Sequence record: DRR378314_1513
Strand: one strand, 5' to 3'
Length of the DNA stretch: 64,000 nt
The notes under the pieces were generated by a model that did not search any database, was not told the DNA's origin, and worked only from the letters and a program-made list of their open reading frames with translations. This document shows positions 29,210-40,684 of this stretch, one piece after another. The first letter of the stretch is position 1, and every line of letters starts with the position of its first letter. Made by a program: the position numbers and the translations under genes.

Positions 29210-30579
29210 GACGAGTTCTCTTGCGCAAATAGCCCAGGCGCTATCCGCTCCGCCTTCAACTCCGACTCGGCGAGTTCACCTTGCGGATCAGACATCAGCG
29301 TAATGCCTCCCCCTGCCAGCAGCACGCTCTCTTCAGGAAGATGGTCTATAGTACGTATAAGGATGTTGAAATCCATCGCACCATCGAAGCCGACATACCC
29401 AACCGCTCCGCAATACGCGCCGCGCGGTCTTTGTTCCAGTTCGTCAATAATCTCGATGGCCCTCAATTTGGGCGCCCCTGTGATAGATCCGCCAGGAAAC
29501 ACTGCTGAGAACAAATCAACGCCGTCCTTGTCTTCGGCCAGATCGCCTTCGATGGTCGAGACAAGATGGTGAAGATTGGAGAATGTCTCAAGCCTGCAGA
29601 GTGACGTAACCTTGACCGAATCTGGCGCACAAACGATTGATAGATCGTTCCGCAGGAGGTCAGTAATCATTATATTCTCTGCACGATCCTTCTCGGACGC
29701 CAACAACTCGGCCTGAATGTTAGCGTCGACTTTCGGGTCTGATGCCCGCCGCATCGTCCCCTTGATCGGTTCTGCGACAACACGCCTATCAGCCGACACA
29801 GAGATCAATCGCTCCGGTGACGCGCTGGCCAGTATTCGCCCACCAAAATGACCAAAAGCCGCGAACGGCGCGGGTGTTCGCTTTCGCATCTCGAGATAAT
29901 TGGTAAACGCATCATCTGCGCCCAATTTCTCACTTATCCAGTTTTGGGCAATGTTTGCCTGATAGATGTCGCCATCCAATATGTATTCCTGTGTACGCTC
30001 AACCGCTTTCACGTAGTCGATAGCCCGGTCAGGACGTTCCCATTTAACCGACGCCACAGGGGTGGCTAACTCGTCTGATCCCGCAAGCGCTGCCAATACC
30101 TTCGATATTCGCTGATCTGCAAGATCTTCGTTTTGGCCTTCATCAGGAGACGTGAGACCAGCGGACATAATCCAGGTCTTTCCCTGCACATGATCAAACG
30201 CCAAGAGCGTGTCGTACAAACTGAATTCCGCCATATCGGATTGTGCAACATGGCGCGAATGGAACCGGCTATGGAAGAGTGGCGCGGCATCATAGGCCAC
30301 ATAGCCTGCTGCGCCGCCCTGAAACGGTGGTCCGCCAGAAATTCGGGTTCGAGGTCGTGCCGTCACCCACCGGCGCAACATATCCATACTGGCAGCAAAT
30401 TCAGTTTCGGTCGCCTGGGCGGTCAGGCGCATGGTCGAAACCGGCGCCACACAAAGATACGACCATCGCGACGATGGGTGATCCGGATCTGCACTATCCA
30501 GCCACAGCATGCCCAGCTCACGATGGAAGACAGCTGCAGCATGTGCAGGATCACATTGATCTAACAAAACGTAACGCAT
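29206..30579 (-). CDS. pabB: Aminodeoxychorismate synthase component I
   Basis: PIKGT (PabB-type), KDRAEN, FPGGSITGAPK. Confidence 0.9.
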   Translation of the reverse strand: MRYVLLDQCDPAHAAAVFHRELGMLWLDSADPDHPSSRWSYLCVAPVSTMRLTAQATETEFAASMDMLRRWVTARPRTRISGGPPFQGGAAGYVAYDAAPLFHSRFHSRHVAQSDMAEFSLYDTLLAFDHVQGKTWIMSAGLTSPDEGQNEDLADQRISKVLAALAGSDELATPVASVKWERPDRAIDYVKAVERTQEYILDGDIYQANIAQNWISEKLGADDAFTNYLEMRKRTPAPFAAFGHFGGRILASASPERLISVSADRRVVAEPIKGTMRRASDPKVDANIQAELLASEKDRAENIMITDLLRNDLSIVCAPDSVKVTSLCRLETFSNLHHLVSTIEGDLAEDKDGVDLFSAVFPGGSITGAPKLRAIEIIDELEQRPRGAYCGAVGYVGFDGAMDFNILIRTIDHLPEESVLLAGGGITLMSDPQGELAESELKAERIAPGLFAQENSS

Positions 30580-30660
30580 TCGGACCCAACTCAGAGATGA
30601 GAAACCTCTACAGATCAATAGAGTGCGCGACACAAAAGGCACGTAATGATCGCAGCAAAT

Positions 30661-30679
30661 TCATGCGAATGACTTGCAA
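30661..30679. promoter_or_regulatory. Fur-like box TGCGA-N5-TTGCA
   Basis: Reverse complement matches 42886-42904 at 18/19 nt; upstream of PepSY gene. Confidence 0.65.
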
Positions 30680-30760
30680 GAGCATTTCGGGCCGTGTTAC
30701 GACGCCGGGCAACAGTGGCGCGCACCTCCCCACGCGACATCAATAGCGGATTCTGTCTCC

Positions 30761-31408
30761 ATGAACTCTTCTCCTGCCGCCGCTGCCAAGCGGGCTTCCT
30801 TCAAGATGTTCGTCAAGCGTCAGGTGCGTACAATACATTGGATGTCTGGCGCGGTCTGTCTGGTCGGCATGATCCTGTTTGCGTCCACGGGGATCACTCT
30901 CAACCATGCAGGAATTCTGTCTGCAAAACCAAAAGTGGTCGAGGGAGAAGTCGTGCTGCCAGAGAAAATGGTACGCCAGCTTCAGGACACTCTGGAAGAC
31001 GGCACGCAATTGCCGTTGCCGAAAGAAGTCGCACGTTACCTGAAGTCTGAGACTGGCTTCGACTTGATCGGTCGCTCCGGGGAGTGGACCGAGTACGACA
31101 TCAACATCAGTATTGCCCGCCCCGGTGGCGATGCCTGGGTCAGCATCGATCGCGAAACAGGCGACGTCCTGTTCGAGAAGACCAATCGCGGCGTGGTTGC
31201 CTACCTCAACGACTTGCATAAGGGCCGCAACACAGGACTTGCCTGGACGTTATTTCTGGATCTGTTCGCGATTGGCGTGATCATTTTCAGCGCGACTGGT
31301 CTATGGCTACTGCAGATGCAGGCCGCTCGCCGGAACAGCACATGGCCACTGACAGCAGCAGGCTTCGCCATGCCCGTCATCCTTCTCCTGATCTTCGTTC
31401 ACGCCTGA
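30761..31408 (+). CDS. PepSY-associated TM helix protein (iron-regulated membrane protein)
   Basis: HWMSGA..TGITLNH; RPGGDAW; LNDLHKGR. Confidence 0.85.
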   Translation: MNSSPAAAAKRASFKMFVKRQVRTIHWMSGAVCLVGMILFASTGITLNHAGILSAKPKVVEGEVVLPEKMVRQLQDTLEDGTQLPLPKEVARYLKSETGFDLIGRSGEWTEYDINISIARPGGDAWVSIDRETGDVLFEKTNRGVVAYLNDLHKGRNTGLAWTLFLDLFAIGVIIFSATGLWLLQMQAARRNSTWPLTAAGFAMPVILLLIFVHA

Positions 31409-31436
31409 GGAATTTCACCTCAACAGCGGCGTACGG

Positions 31437-31468
31437 TTGACTCTTTTGTCATAGAACAAATAATGAAC
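31437..31468 (+). promoter_or_regulatory. Promoter with alphaproteobacterial LexA (SOS) box GAAC-N7-GAAC at 31454-31468
   Basis: TTGACT at 31437; GAACAAATAATGAAC ends 2 nt before imuA ATG. Confidence 0.85.
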
Positions 31469-31470
31469 AA

Positions 31471-32211
31471 ATGGAGCGTGCACCACTTCCCCTGAAGGAT
31501 GTTTTTCATCTGTCACCGCCCCGGGACCGGCCCAATCTGGCCTTTCCCCTCGGGCTGGGGGATGCAGGCCTGCATGAAATCTGCGAAGCCTCGCATGGGG
31601 ATTTCGCCGCCATGACAGGCTTTGCCCTCGCGGCCAGAGCGCATCGCAAGGGCCCGATTGTCTGGATCCGCCAAGCCGGCCTGAAACAGTCTCACGGCCT
31701 ACTCCTGCAAGCTGGCTATCGGGAGGTCTCAACAGACATATCACCCTGCCTGAGCATCACGCCCCGCAAACTCTCCGAAGCTCTCTGGGCCACTGAAGAG
31801 GCCATTCGCTCAGGTGTTGCAGCGCTTGTTATCGCAGAACTGGAAGACACCGACTTCACAGCATCTCGTCGCCTGGCATTGGCCGCCGGTCGCCACGGCG
31901 TGCCTGTGCTTCTGCTGATGCCTTACAGCCGTGATGGTGCCACCGCTGCCAGCGCCCGTTGGCGTATATCCCCCCGTCCATCTTCCCCCAACCGTTACGA
32001 TCCGCAAGCCCCCGGAGCGCTCCGCTGGAAGGCTGTACTCGAACGGTCCCGCCAGGCCCCACATATGGCCGGACAGTCCTTTGATCTGGAGCTTGATGAT
32101 GAAACGCTATCTTTGCGTGTGGTGTCCGGATTGGCCGCTGACCCGGTTGCGACGCGCCCGTCGTGGGCACAGGACCGGATCGGCCCGTCCCACCTCCGAC
32201 AAAGCGCCTGA
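31471..32211 (+). CDS. imuA: ImuA mutasome accessory protein
   Basis: GLHEI, ALWATEEAIRS, TASRRLALAA; SOS box; upstream of imuB-dnaE2. Confidence 0.88.
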   Translation: MERAPLPLKDVFHLSPPRDRPNLAFPLGLGDAGLHEICEASHGDFAAMTGFALAARAHRKGPIVWIRQAGLKQSHGLLLQAGYREVSTDISPCLSITPRKLSEALWATEEAIRSGVAALVIAELEDTDFTASRRLALAAGRHGVPVLLLMPYSRDGATAASARWRISPRPSSPNRYDPQAPGALRWKAVLERSRQAPHMAGQSFDLELDDETLSLRVVSGLAADPVATRPSWAQDRIGPSHLRQSA

Positions 32212-33823
32212 TCCCCACCAGCCCTTCGTGCTGCTGGAAAACGGCGCCAAGGGCCTGCGCGTAGCGGCCGCCAATGAACCTGCCCGACAATTGGGGGTTA
32301 CAGAGGGACTGGCCTTTACAGACGCCCGCGCCCGCGCGCCCAATCTCGTCGCCGAGGATCTGGACCCCGTCGCCGATGCGAAGGCCCTCGCAGCCCTTGG
32401 TGACTGGATGATCCGATTGTCGCCACTTGTCGCGATTGATGGCACAGATGGACTCATCCTTGAAACAACGGGATGCGACCACCTCTATGGCGGTGAGCAC
32501 GCCATGATGGGAATGCTTTCCAGCCTGTTGCAACGGAATGCCATTCCACACCAATTGGGTCTTGCCAGCACACCGGGTGCAGCCTCGGCCCTCTCCCGCG
32601 CTGCGCCGGGCACCTGCCTGAAGGAAGGCGAAGAACAGGCTGGCCTTGCCGATCTGCCCGTCGCCGCCTTGCGCCTGTCTGCTGATGCCGAAACCCTGCT
32701 AAGACGGTTCGGGCTGACACGGATTGGCCAGCTCTACGGTATTGACCGCAAGGCGTTGGGACGGCGTTTTCAATCGCGATCCGCCGCCGATGCTGTGCTT
32801 CTCCGGCTCGATCAGGCCCTTGGCCTGCGCCATGAACCCCTTGCGCCTCTGCGTCCGATGCCACTCCGGTCAGCCCGGCTGAACTGTCCGGAGCCCATTG
32901 CCACCAGCGAAGCTATCAAAATCGGCCTTGAACAGCTAACACGGGAAGTGTGCGAAGCGCTCAGCGCCACAGGGATCGGCGCACGATGCTTCCTGCTTAC
33001 GGCTTTCAGATCAGATGGCTCCCGGTCAGACATCGCTGTGAAAGCCGCCCGCCCTGTACGTGAGCCGAAGCATATTCTCCGCTTGTTCCGGGAGCGGATT
33101 GATACGATTGATCCAGGGTTTGGCATAGACCTCCTCCTGCTCGAAGCCCATCGCACCGATGCCATGGAAACCAGCCCCATGGCGCTGTCAGGCGATCTCG
33201 CCTCAACCGACATGGACGCCATCGCCTTGTCCGCCTTGGCCGACCGGATCGCAGCCCGGCTTGGAGAGGGGGCGGTCAGCCGGGTCCAGCCCCGCGAAAG
33301 CCACATGCCAGAGCGCGCCGAACCTCAGGCGCGATTTGACGGGAGCGCCCCGATTCCGGCCATACCCAGCCCGACCGCCGGGCCACGACCCATCCGCCTG
33401 CTACCCTCACCGGAACGGGTCACAGTTATGGCCGAAGTGCCTGACGGCCCGCCCTTGCGCTTCATCTGGCGACGCGTGCCGCGTACAGTAACCCGCGCCG
33501 ACGGGCCAGAACGCATAGCACCAGAATGGTGGACCCATATCGCCGCCCCCCAAACTCCCCCCTTATTGGATGGGCAAGCCCGCCCCTGGCTAACCCCCAA
33601 AATGGATCCCCGCGCGGATGCCGCACAGATTGCCCATGTCCGCGCTGACCTCGAAGCCATGCTGGACGCCCCCTCCGAACCGGTAAAACTCCTGCCCCGC
33701 GCACGGGACTATTACCGTGTCGAGGACGCATCCGGACGACGATACTGGCTGTTCCGCGAAGGACTCTACGGAGATGGTCGCGGCGGACCACCGGAATGGT
33801 ATGTCCACGGTCTTTTTGCATGA
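32096..33823 (+). CDS. imuB: ImuB, Y-family polymerase-like protein
   Basis: [53 protein letters not shown]. Confidence 0.92.
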   Translation: MMKRYLCVWCPDWPLTRLRRARRGHRTGSARPTSDKAPDPHQPFVLLENGAKGLRVAAANEPARQLGVTEGLAFTDARARAPNLVAEDLDPVADAKALAALGDWMIRLSPLVAIDGTDGLILETTGCDHLYGGEHAMMGMLSSLLQRNAIPHQLGLASTPGAASALSRAAPGTCLKEGEEQAGLADLPVAALRLSADAETLLRRFGLTRIGQLYGIDRKALGRRFQSRSAADAVLLRLDQALGLRHEPLAPLRPMPLRSARLNCPEPIATSEAIKIGLEQLTREVCEALSATGIGARCFLLTAFRSDGSRSDIAVKAARPVREPKHILRLFRERIDTIDPGFGIDLLLLEAHRTDAMETSPMALSGDLASTDMDAIALSALADRIAARLGEGAVSRVQPRESHMPERAEPQARFDGSAPIPAIPSPTAGPRPIRLLPSPERVTVMAEVPDGPPLRFIWRRVPRTVTRADGPERIAPEWWTHIAAPQTPPLLDGQARPWLTPKMDPRADAAQIAHVRADLEAMLDAPSEPVKLLPRARDYYRVEDASGRRYWLFREGLYGDGRGGPPEWYVHGLFA

Positions 33824-36800
33824 CTGAGTACGCAGAACTCTCCGTCACAACGAACTTCTCATTTCTGCGTGGAGCTTCACACGCAGAGGAACTCGTCCTG
33901 ACCGCCAAACAGCTCGGGCTCACAGCTGTCGGTGTTGCAGATCGCAATACGCTCGCGGGCGTCGTGCGGGCGCACATCGCAGCGAAAGAGGCTGGCCTAC
34001 GCCTTCTCATCGGCGCGCGCCTTGTTCCAACCGATGGCCCGGAACTGATTTGTTACTCAACTGACCGGGCCGCTTATGGCCGGCTGTCACATCTTCTTTC
34101 AGACGGAAAGCTGCGCGCGGAAAAGGGTGACTGCCTGATCACGCTGGACGATATTCTCGCACATGCAGACGGACAAGTATTCATCTTCCAGCCGCCAGAA
34201 CGGTTAGACACGACCTTTGCAGAGACACTGGAACGCTTCGCAGCGCATACGCCGGGCAATGTCTACGCTGCTGCAACCTACGCCTATCATGGCCGCAACC
34301 GTGAACGGATCGCTCGCATTGCTGATTTCTGCACGCGCCACGGTGTGCCAATCATTGCGACAAATGATGTCCTCTACCACACTCCGGAGCGACGCCCCCT
34401 GCAGGATGTTCTCACCTGCATCCGCACGCATTGCACCATCGAACAGGCTGGCTATCAGCTGGAGGCCCATGCGGAACGCCATCTGAAAAGTCCGGAAGAA
34501 ATGGCGCGCCTGTTCAGAGGCTTTGAGCCTGCTTTGCGCCGCACCATCGAGATTGTGGATCGCTGTCAGTTCAGCCTCGATGAATTGGCCTATGAATATC
34601 CTGATGAGCCCGTGCCTGCCGGAAAGACCCCACAGGAACACCTGACTGACCTTACCTGGAGCGGCGCACATTGGCGCTACCCAGAGGGCGTTCCCGGCAA
34701 GGTCAGCGCCGCCCTCAACAAGGAACTCGCCCTGATCGAGGAGCTGGACTATGCACGCTATTTCCTGACCGTACACGACATAGTTGCCTGGGCACGCGAG
34801 CAAGGCATTCTCTGTCAGGGGCGTGGCTCGGCCGCGAACTCGGCAGTCTGCTATTGTATCGGGATCACGAATGTCGATCCGGCCCTGACCAGCCTTCTGT
34901 TTGAACGTTTTCTCTCCAGAGAGCGCAAGGAGCCGCCAGACATCGATGTCGACTTCGAGCATGAGCGCCGCGAGGAAGTCATCCAGCATGTCTACAAGCG
35001 CTATGGCCGTCACAAGGCTGCGCTGACAGCAACAGTGATTTCCTATCGCCCCCGTTCTGCTGTTCGCGAGGTCTGCAAAGCACTTGGCCTGACCGAAAAT
35101 GTTTCTTCTGCACTTGCCGGAACGGTCTGGGGCAGTTGGGGCAGCGCCATCAATCCGAACCAGATCCGGCAGGCCGGACTGGACCCGGCCAATCCCATGA
35201 TCCGTCGCGCCATCCTGCTGACCCAGCAATTGATTGGTTTCCCTCGCCATTTGTCTCAACATGTTGGCGGCTTTGTCCTGACACGCGGGCCGCTGGTCGA
35301 GACAGTCCCTATAGGGAATGCCGCGATGGATGAGCGCACATTCATTGAATGGGACAAGGACGACATCAATGCACTCGGCATCATGAAGGTGGACGTGCTC
35401 GCGCTCGGCATGCTCACCTGTATCCGCAAGGCATTTGACCTGCTTCAATTGCACAAGGGGCTGGAGTTCTCGCTCGCCACCATTCCGCAAGATGATGTGG
35501 CGACCTATGACATGCTTTGCGAAGGCGACAGTCTGGGAGTCTTCCAGGTAGAAAGCCGGGCACAGATGAATATGTTGCCGCGCCTTCGCCCGCGCACCTT
35601 CTATGATCTCGTCATCGAAGTCGCCATCGTGCGGCCTGGCCCCATTCAGGGGGATATGGTCCACCCTTATCTGCGCCGCCGCAAAGGGCTGGAAACTGTA
35701 ACCTACCCGTCTCCAGCGCCAAAGCATGGCCCCCCAGATGAACTGGAACGCATCCTCAGCCGAACATTGGGCGTGCCCCTGTTTCAGGAACAAGCCATGC
35801 AGATCGCCATGGATGCCGCGAAATTTTCAGCCGACGAAGCCAATGGCCTGCGCCGCGCAATGGCCACTTTCCGAAAAGTTGGCACGATTGGAAACTATCA
35901 GGACATGATGGTCGGTCGCATGATTGAGCGGGGATATGATTCCGCCTTTGCCGCACGTTGCTTTGACCAGGTCAAAGGGTTTGGCGAATATGGCTTCCCG
36001 GAAAGTCATGCAGCCTCCTTCGCACACCTCGTCTATGTGTCCAGCTGGTTAAAATGTCACCACCCGGATGTTTTCTGCGTTGCGCTGCTGAATAGCCAAC
36101 CGATGGGGTTTTATGCTCCGGCCCAGATCGTTCGGGATGCGCGGGAGCATGGCGTGGAGATACGCCCTATCGATGTGAATCTGTCAGACTGGGACAATAC
36201 GCTGGAGCCTACCGAGGGCAAGTATTGCGCGGTGCGCCTGGGTTTCCGGCAAGTTGACGGCTTGCGCGAAGACGAGATGGAAGCGCTGATGGTGGCGCGG
36301 GGACATGGCTATGACCGGCCGGACGACATACGCCGCCGCGCGCGCGTCAGCCGTCGATCAGTGGAGTTGTTGGCGGCGGCGGACGCCTTCGGCTCCATGC
36401 AGCTCAGTCGGCGCGAAGCCCTGTGGAGTGTACGCGGCGAGGCCAGCGGCAACACACTGCCCCTGTTTGCAGCTGCGGACGCTGCTGAGCAGGGCCAGGA
36501 ACAAGCCCCTCAATTGCCCATCATGCCTGCGTCAGAACAGGTTTTGCAGGACTATCAAACCACGCGTCTCTCTCTCAAGGATCACCCGATGTCTTTCCTT
36601 CGCGAAGCCTATGAGCGGATGGGCGTTGTTTCGACACGCGAAGCCTGCGGCCTGCCAAATGGCGCGCGCGTCCAGACAGCCGGCGTCGTACTGGTTCGCC
36701 AACGCCCCGGCTCAGCCAGCGGTGTCTGCTTCATTACAATTGAAGACGAAACAGGCATCGCCAACCTCGTCGTATGGCCAAACGTATTCGAGCGATTCCG

Positions 36801-37077
36801 TTCTGTGGTGATGGGCGCGCGCATCCTGCTGGTGAAGGGGCGGGTCCAGACCGCAGACAATGTTACCCATATAGTCGCGAATCAGTTGATCGATCGAACC
36901 GGAGACTTGGCCTGCTTGTCTGAAGACGCGTATCAAGACCCGCTGAAGCAGGCCCTTGATCGCGCCGATGAGGTCACCCGCCCCATTCCGGAGCGCAAGG
37001 GTCCGCCACCCCAGCGCTCAGGCGGACGCCACCCGCGCAACGTCCGGGTCATTCCTCGAAGCAGGGATTTCCACTGA
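33820..37077 (+). CDS. dnaE2: Error-prone DNA polymerase DnaE2 (ImuC)
   Basis: [28 protein letters not shown]-terminal SRDFH. Confidence 0.97.
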   Translation: MTEYAELSVTTNFSFLRGASHAEELVLTAKQLGLTAVGVADRNTLAGVVRAHIAAKEAGLRLLIGARLVPTDGPELICYSTDRAAYGRLSHLLSDGKLRAEKGDCLITLDDILAHADGQVFIFQPPERLDTTFAETLERFAAHTPGNVYAAATYAYHGRNRERIARIADFCTRHGVPIIATNDVLYHTPERRPLQDVLTCIRTHCTIEQAGYQLEAHAERHLKSPEEMARLFRGFEPALRRTIEIVDRCQFSLDELAYEYPDEPVPAGKTPQEHLTDLTWSGAHWRYPEGVPGKVSAALNKELALIEELDYARYFLTVHDIVAWAREQGILCQGRGSAANSAVCYCIGITNVDPALTSLLFERFLSRERKEPPDIDVDFEHERREEVIQHVYKRYGRHKAALTATVISYRPRSAVREVCKALGLTENVSSALAGTVWGSWGSAINPNQIRQAGLDPANPMIRRAILLTQQLIGFPRHLSQHVGGFVLTRGPLVETVPIGNAAMDERTFIEWDKDDINALGIMKVDVLALGMLTCIRKAFDLLQLHKGLEFSLATIPQDDVATYDMLCEGDSLGVFQVESRAQMNMLPRLRPRTFYDLVIEVAIVRPGPIQGDMVHPYLRRRKGLETVTYPSPAPKHGPPDELERILSRTLGVPLFQEQAMQIAMDAAKFSADEANGLRRAMATFRKVGTIGNYQDMMVGRMIERGYDSAFAARCFDQVKGFGEYGFPESHAASFAHLVYVSSWLKCHHPDVFCVALLNSQPMGFYAPAQIVRDAREHGVEIRPIDVNLSDWDNTLEPTEGKYCAVRLGFRQVDGLREDEMEALMVARGHGYDRPDDIRRRARVSRRSVELLAAADAFGSMQLSRREALWSVRGEASGNTLPLFAAADAAEQGQEQAPQLPIMPASEQVLQDYQTTRLSLKDHPMSFLREAYERMGVVSTREACGLPNGARVQTAGVVLVRQRPGSASGVCFITIEDETGIANLVVWPNVFERFRSVVMGARILLVKGRVQTADNVTHIVANQLIDRTGDLACLSEDAYQDPLKQALDRADEVTRPIPERKGPPPQRSGGRHPRNVRVIPRSRDFH

Positions 37078-37158
37078 CAGGGCCAGAAAGAAGCCCCCAT
37101 CAATTGACATATCATTATACCCTTTTACCGTGGTGGAAAATCTACGGAGCCTCCCGCC

Positions 37159-37605
37159 ATGAATCAAACCGCCCAGCACTTTCCCTTACTCGCGCGTGGC
37201 TGTGGCAGCTGGACAGGAACCTACACCCACATAACTCCGGAAGGTGACGTGCTAGACCGGCACCAGGTCGACACGCATTCGTCTTTTCCACTCGAAGCAG
37301 ATGCAGACTTCGTTCTCGATATCCGCAACACCTGGAGCGATGGACGGGAGACACGCATAACACTGAAGGCAGATCACAGGAACAATCGCCTGGAATGGCA
37401 AGATCGCCTCGATGGCTGGATGGAAGAGGTCGACGATCGGACAGTGTATCTCAACTTCACCTATGCAGATGACCCCTCCATTCGAGTTTGTGAGATGATC
37501 CAGATCAGTGAAGACGGCCAAAGCCGGGCTCGCACATGGCACTGGTTTAAAGATGACAAGCTCTTCAAGATCACGCTGACAAACGAAACGCGCTCCACAT
37601 TATAG
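37159..37605 (+). CDS. DUF3598-like beta-barrel protein
   Basis: GSWTGTY..H; EMIQIS..RARTWHWF..E.R; TTGACA at 37104 upstream. Confidence 0.65.
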   Translation: MNQTAQHFPLLARGCGSWTGTYTHITPEGDVLDRHQVDTHSSFPLEADADFVLDIRNTWSDGRETRITLKADHRNNRLEWQDRLDGWMEEVDDRTVYLNFTYADDPSIRVCEMIQISEDGQSRARTWHWFKDDKLFKITLTNETRSTL

Positions 37606-37626
37606 TCCGATCAAGGATCTGGTTTC

Positions 37627-38568
37627 ATGACCTCCCCAAGTCAAACCCCGAAAACTCTCCGCATTCACGGACCCATCATCTCGTCGAGCGACGTAGAACG
37701 GCACATTGCACTCTTCGCCGCATTCGGCCTTGAGGAAATTGGTCGTCTGGAACGGACCGCACCGGAAACCTCCGAAATCTGGGGAACACAGGATCAGGAA
37801 AGTCTGGAAGTCACGCTTCAAACGCCCGGAACGCAATTTGGCGTCAGGCTCATCCAATTTTCCCCCGGTACGGATTTCCAGATCCGGAACCCGGCGCGTG
37901 GTTCCGATAGCAATGCCCTGAAAGTGATCGACTTTTACGCGCCTGATCTTGATGCGGCCATGGCTGAAATCGAAAAATCCGGATTCCGCTTCAAAGCAGA
38001 AGTCGCAGACTATGACACACCAGAAGGACGCTTCCGTGAAGCGCACCTGTGGGGACCGGACGGAGTTGTTTGCGCGCTTATCAGCGGTGATCCTGACAGG
38101 TTTGAATCCCTTGCGACGGTTCGTGACAGACTTGTCAGCGAGCCCCAAAGCATTTCCGGCCCCGTGCAGGACCAGGAGCCCACATTATCCTTTCTGGAAG
38201 ACGCGTTCGGCCTGAAGGTGATTCATCGATATGGACTTGACGATGAGAGCTTTGACGCACTTGTCGGCAGTGCGGATTCCATGAAGCTAAGAGCCTGGAA
38301 TGTTGGCACAAAGACCAGTGAGCCCTACTTTGGGGTCATAAACTATGGCTTGCCCGCGGGCTCTCAGACGTCCGTATTCGAGACGGCTCGGCCTCCCGCT
38401 CGTGGACTATTGGGCGCCACGCTATTCGTGGAGGATATTGCTCCTGTCTCCAACCATGCAAAGGTTGAAGCTGTTGAACAGAACCTTCCCGGCATCGGAC
38501 GCTGCAAGTCAGTAACCCTACAGGGGCCAAACGGCGCATGGTTCCAGGCTCTTGAGACGAAAGAATAG
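37627..38568 (+). CDS. VOC/glyoxalase superfamily protein (two-domain)
   Basis: Repeated VOC elements (FAAFGLE, GPDGV, FLEDAFGL, GPNGAWF). Confidence 0.65.
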   Translation: MTSPSQTPKTLRIHGPIISSSDVERHIALFAAFGLEEIGRLERTAPETSEIWGTQDQESLEVTLQTPGTQFGVRLIQFSPGTDFQIRNPARGSDSNALKVIDFYAPDLDAAMAEIEKSGFRFKAEVADYDTPEGRFREAHLWGPDGVVCALISGDPDRFESLATVRDRLVSEPQSISGPVQDQEPTLSFLEDAFGLKVIHRYGLDDESFDALVGSADSMKLRAWNVGTKTSEPYFGVINYGLPAGSQTSVFETARPPARGLLGATLFVEDIAPVSNHAKVEAVEQNLPGIGRCKSVTLQGPNGAWFQALETKE

Positions 38569-38573
38569 CGCCC

Positions 38574-40067
38574 TCAAGCCGCCTCAGTCTCAGAGGCGCG
38601 CACGCTGCGGGGTAGCTCCACGAACGAGCCGACTGCCCTGAACACGAACAATACGCCAATGACAATAAGGCCAACAGACACGCCAACCGCGTATGGATTT
38701 GACCATACCAGTTCGCCGCGAATGAGATGGATCGCCGGCGCGGCCAGCATGGCAAGACCAGCGCCCCCTCTGTAAAGTCGCCCTGCTTTCGCTGCCGTCA
38801 GCCATACGCAGGCGGCTGCGGCCAACAGGATCGACCCAAGCCAGTAGACCGCGATCAGCATGGCAACACCTATACCCATCAGGCTGCCTGTGAGCGTCAC
38901 AGGCAGCATTGCGGTGCTCCCCCATATCCAGCCGCTCCACATCGCCTCAAGCCGAGGGGCCGAGCGTCCCTTTTCCCGACGTTTGAGGAAATAGATATTC
39001 AAGCCCGTCGCAACGATGATGCACAGCATGATCCCTAAACCAAAGTAAACCGCCTTGATCCAGAGGCCACCATAGTCGCCAAAGTGCAATTTATACATCG
39101 ACAGCGCGATCTGCTGCCCTGCCGGACCATCAGAATTGTGGCCGGTTGCGAGCAATTCGCCATCTGTTGAGTAAGTGTATGTCTCACCATAAATCAGGCG
39201 GTCGGTTTCGTCGCTATAGAACTGGATGTGCTGGCTCTTCTGTCCAGGTTCATGCACCACGATCAGAAACGGATTGGCATCGGCGACATCGCGCGACAGA
39301 TTGATCATCGCCGTGTCCACGCCCGTCAGCGGCACGGGTGTTTCATCCGGCTCAAGCACCTCGCCGCCAAAGATGGCTTCGCTCAACTTGCTGGTATCAC
39401 CGCCATAATTTGTCTGCGCGAACACGAGCGCCGCCACTCCGAACAAACCGATCATCGCTCCAGTTCCGGCCACGGCCACCAGGAAAGGTGTCGTCCAGAC
39501 GCTCAACCGATTGTGCAAATCCACTTGCGCCAGCCTCGCCTGGCCTGAGCGCTTGAACCGGAACGCATCCCTGAAAATGCGTGGATGCGCCAGCAGGCCA
39601 GAAATGGCCATAGAGACGAGCATCACGCCAAATATCGCTACGATTATGATGCCAAAGCTGTGTGGCATGGTGAGATAATAATGAAGCTCGATCAGGAATT
39701 CGTTCCACGGCGCTTCCAGCTTTGCAACAAACGTCCCGGTCTCACTCACGGCGTAAGACCCGTTGTCGCCGCCCACGACATAGCGCGGCCAATCCTCACG
39801 AGGGAGATATACGTACAAATGGGTCGTATCCGGATCGCGCTTCAGCAATTCATCGGCGGAAGACTGCACGATTGCAGGATCAACCGAATGTACGACCGGC
39901 GTGTTCGCTTGCTCCCACCACTCGATTTCGTCTTCAAAGACCGCGACCGTTCCGCTGAGGCACAGAACGAACAGCAATGCGCTAATTACCAGCCCCATCA
40001 CAGAGTGCGCAGACAAGGCAGAGTCCACACGTGCGCTGGAAGATTTTGGCCAGATCGTTTTTGCCAT
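38574..40067 (-). CDS. PepSY-associated TM helix protein (FoxB/PiuB-like)
   Basis: AHSVMGL, ELHYYL, DLHNRL, KLHFGDYGG (His heme-ligand pattern). Confidence 0.88.
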   Translation of the reverse strand: MAKTIWPKSSSARVDSALSAHSVMGLVISALLFVLCLSGTVAVFEDEIEWWEQANTPVVHSVDPAIVQSSADELLKRDPDTTHLYVYLPREDWPRYVVGGDNGSYAVSETGTFVAKLEAPWNEFLIELHYYLTMPHSFGIIIVAIFGVMLVSMAISGLLAHPRIFRDAFRFKRSGQARLAQVDLHNRLSVWTTPFLVAVAGTGAMIGLFGVAALVFAQTNYGGDTSKLSEAIFGGEVLEPDETPVPLTGVDTAMINLSRDVADANPFLIVVHEPGQKSQHIQFYSDETDRLIYGETYTYSTDGELLATGHNSDGPAGQQIALSMYKLHFGDYGGLWIKAVYFGLGIMLCIIVATGLNIYFLKRREKGRSAPRLEAMWSGWIWGSTAMLPVTLTGSLMGIGVAMLIAVYWLGSILLAAAACVWLTAAKAGRLYRGGAGLAMLAAPAIHLIRGELVWSNPYAVGVSVGLIVIGVLFVFRAVGSFVELPRSVRASETEAA

Positions 40068-40084
40068 GAGCTTGTCCCGACGAA

Positions 40085-40672
40085 TTAAATGAAAGCTGCA
40101 GCCAATGCGACTGCACACGCGCCAAGCGCATAGAGGGTCCGACGCAGTTTACGCTGTTCCATCAACAACAATGTACTCAGCAAGGCCCATGCAACCAGGC
40201 TGAATAGAAACGCTCCGACCGCTGCGTTTGCAGGATTGCCCGTTTCCGGAACCGTGACGCGCAACAGCGCGCCTCCTGCATAAAATGAGATTACGCCCGC
40301 GACGGGCCCTGCAAGCAGGAACGTCCAGATACCCGAACCGACGGCTGTTGCTTTCTGAACAATTGATGCGGCCTGTGGGGGCGTGTTTTCAGTCGTTCTG
40401 ATGCGTATTGGCGCATGCATTCCATTTGTGCCCAACAAGCCCGGCCAGGTGATCAGCCCCGCGACGACCAGCATCAAAATGGATGCAATCTGCGCAACAC
40501 CGCGATCCATGTTCACCATGAACCAGACAAGGAGGCTCGAAAGCACGAGAGCCCAACCGACCACAAGCATCGCCGGACGCCCCGGCTTGCGCCACACTGA
40601 GTAGAGTAGCGCCAGGCCAAGCAGACCGCCCAAGGCAGCGAGCGTGGCGAAAATGTAGTCGGTTGGGTTCAT
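40085..40672 (-). CDS. Membrane protein in iron-uptake operon
   Basis: About 6 hydrophobic segments; between receptor and PepSY gene. Confidence 0.7.
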   Translation of the reverse strand: MNPTDYIFATLAALGGLLGLALLYSVWRKPGRPAMLVVGWALVLSSLLVWFMVNMDRGVAQIASILMLVVAGLITWPGLLGTNGMHAPIRIRTTENTPPQAASIVQKATAVGSGIWTFLLAGPVAGVISFYAGGALLRVTVPETGNPANAAVGAFLFSLVAWALLSTLLLMEQRKLRRTLYALGACAVALAAAFI

Positions 40673-40684
40673 ATGAGTCTCGGC

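Noticed and set aside
27816-30579. pabBAC as part of a secondary-metabolite pathway, or as trpEG
   Set aside because: The PIKGT motif and class IV lyase indicate ordinary pABA synthesis, and no tailoring genes are adjacent
34204-35793. 529-aa ORF antisense to dnaE2
   Set aside because: Shadow ORF of a GC-rich conserved gene with no recognisable motifs; the same applies to the many shorter antisense ORFs
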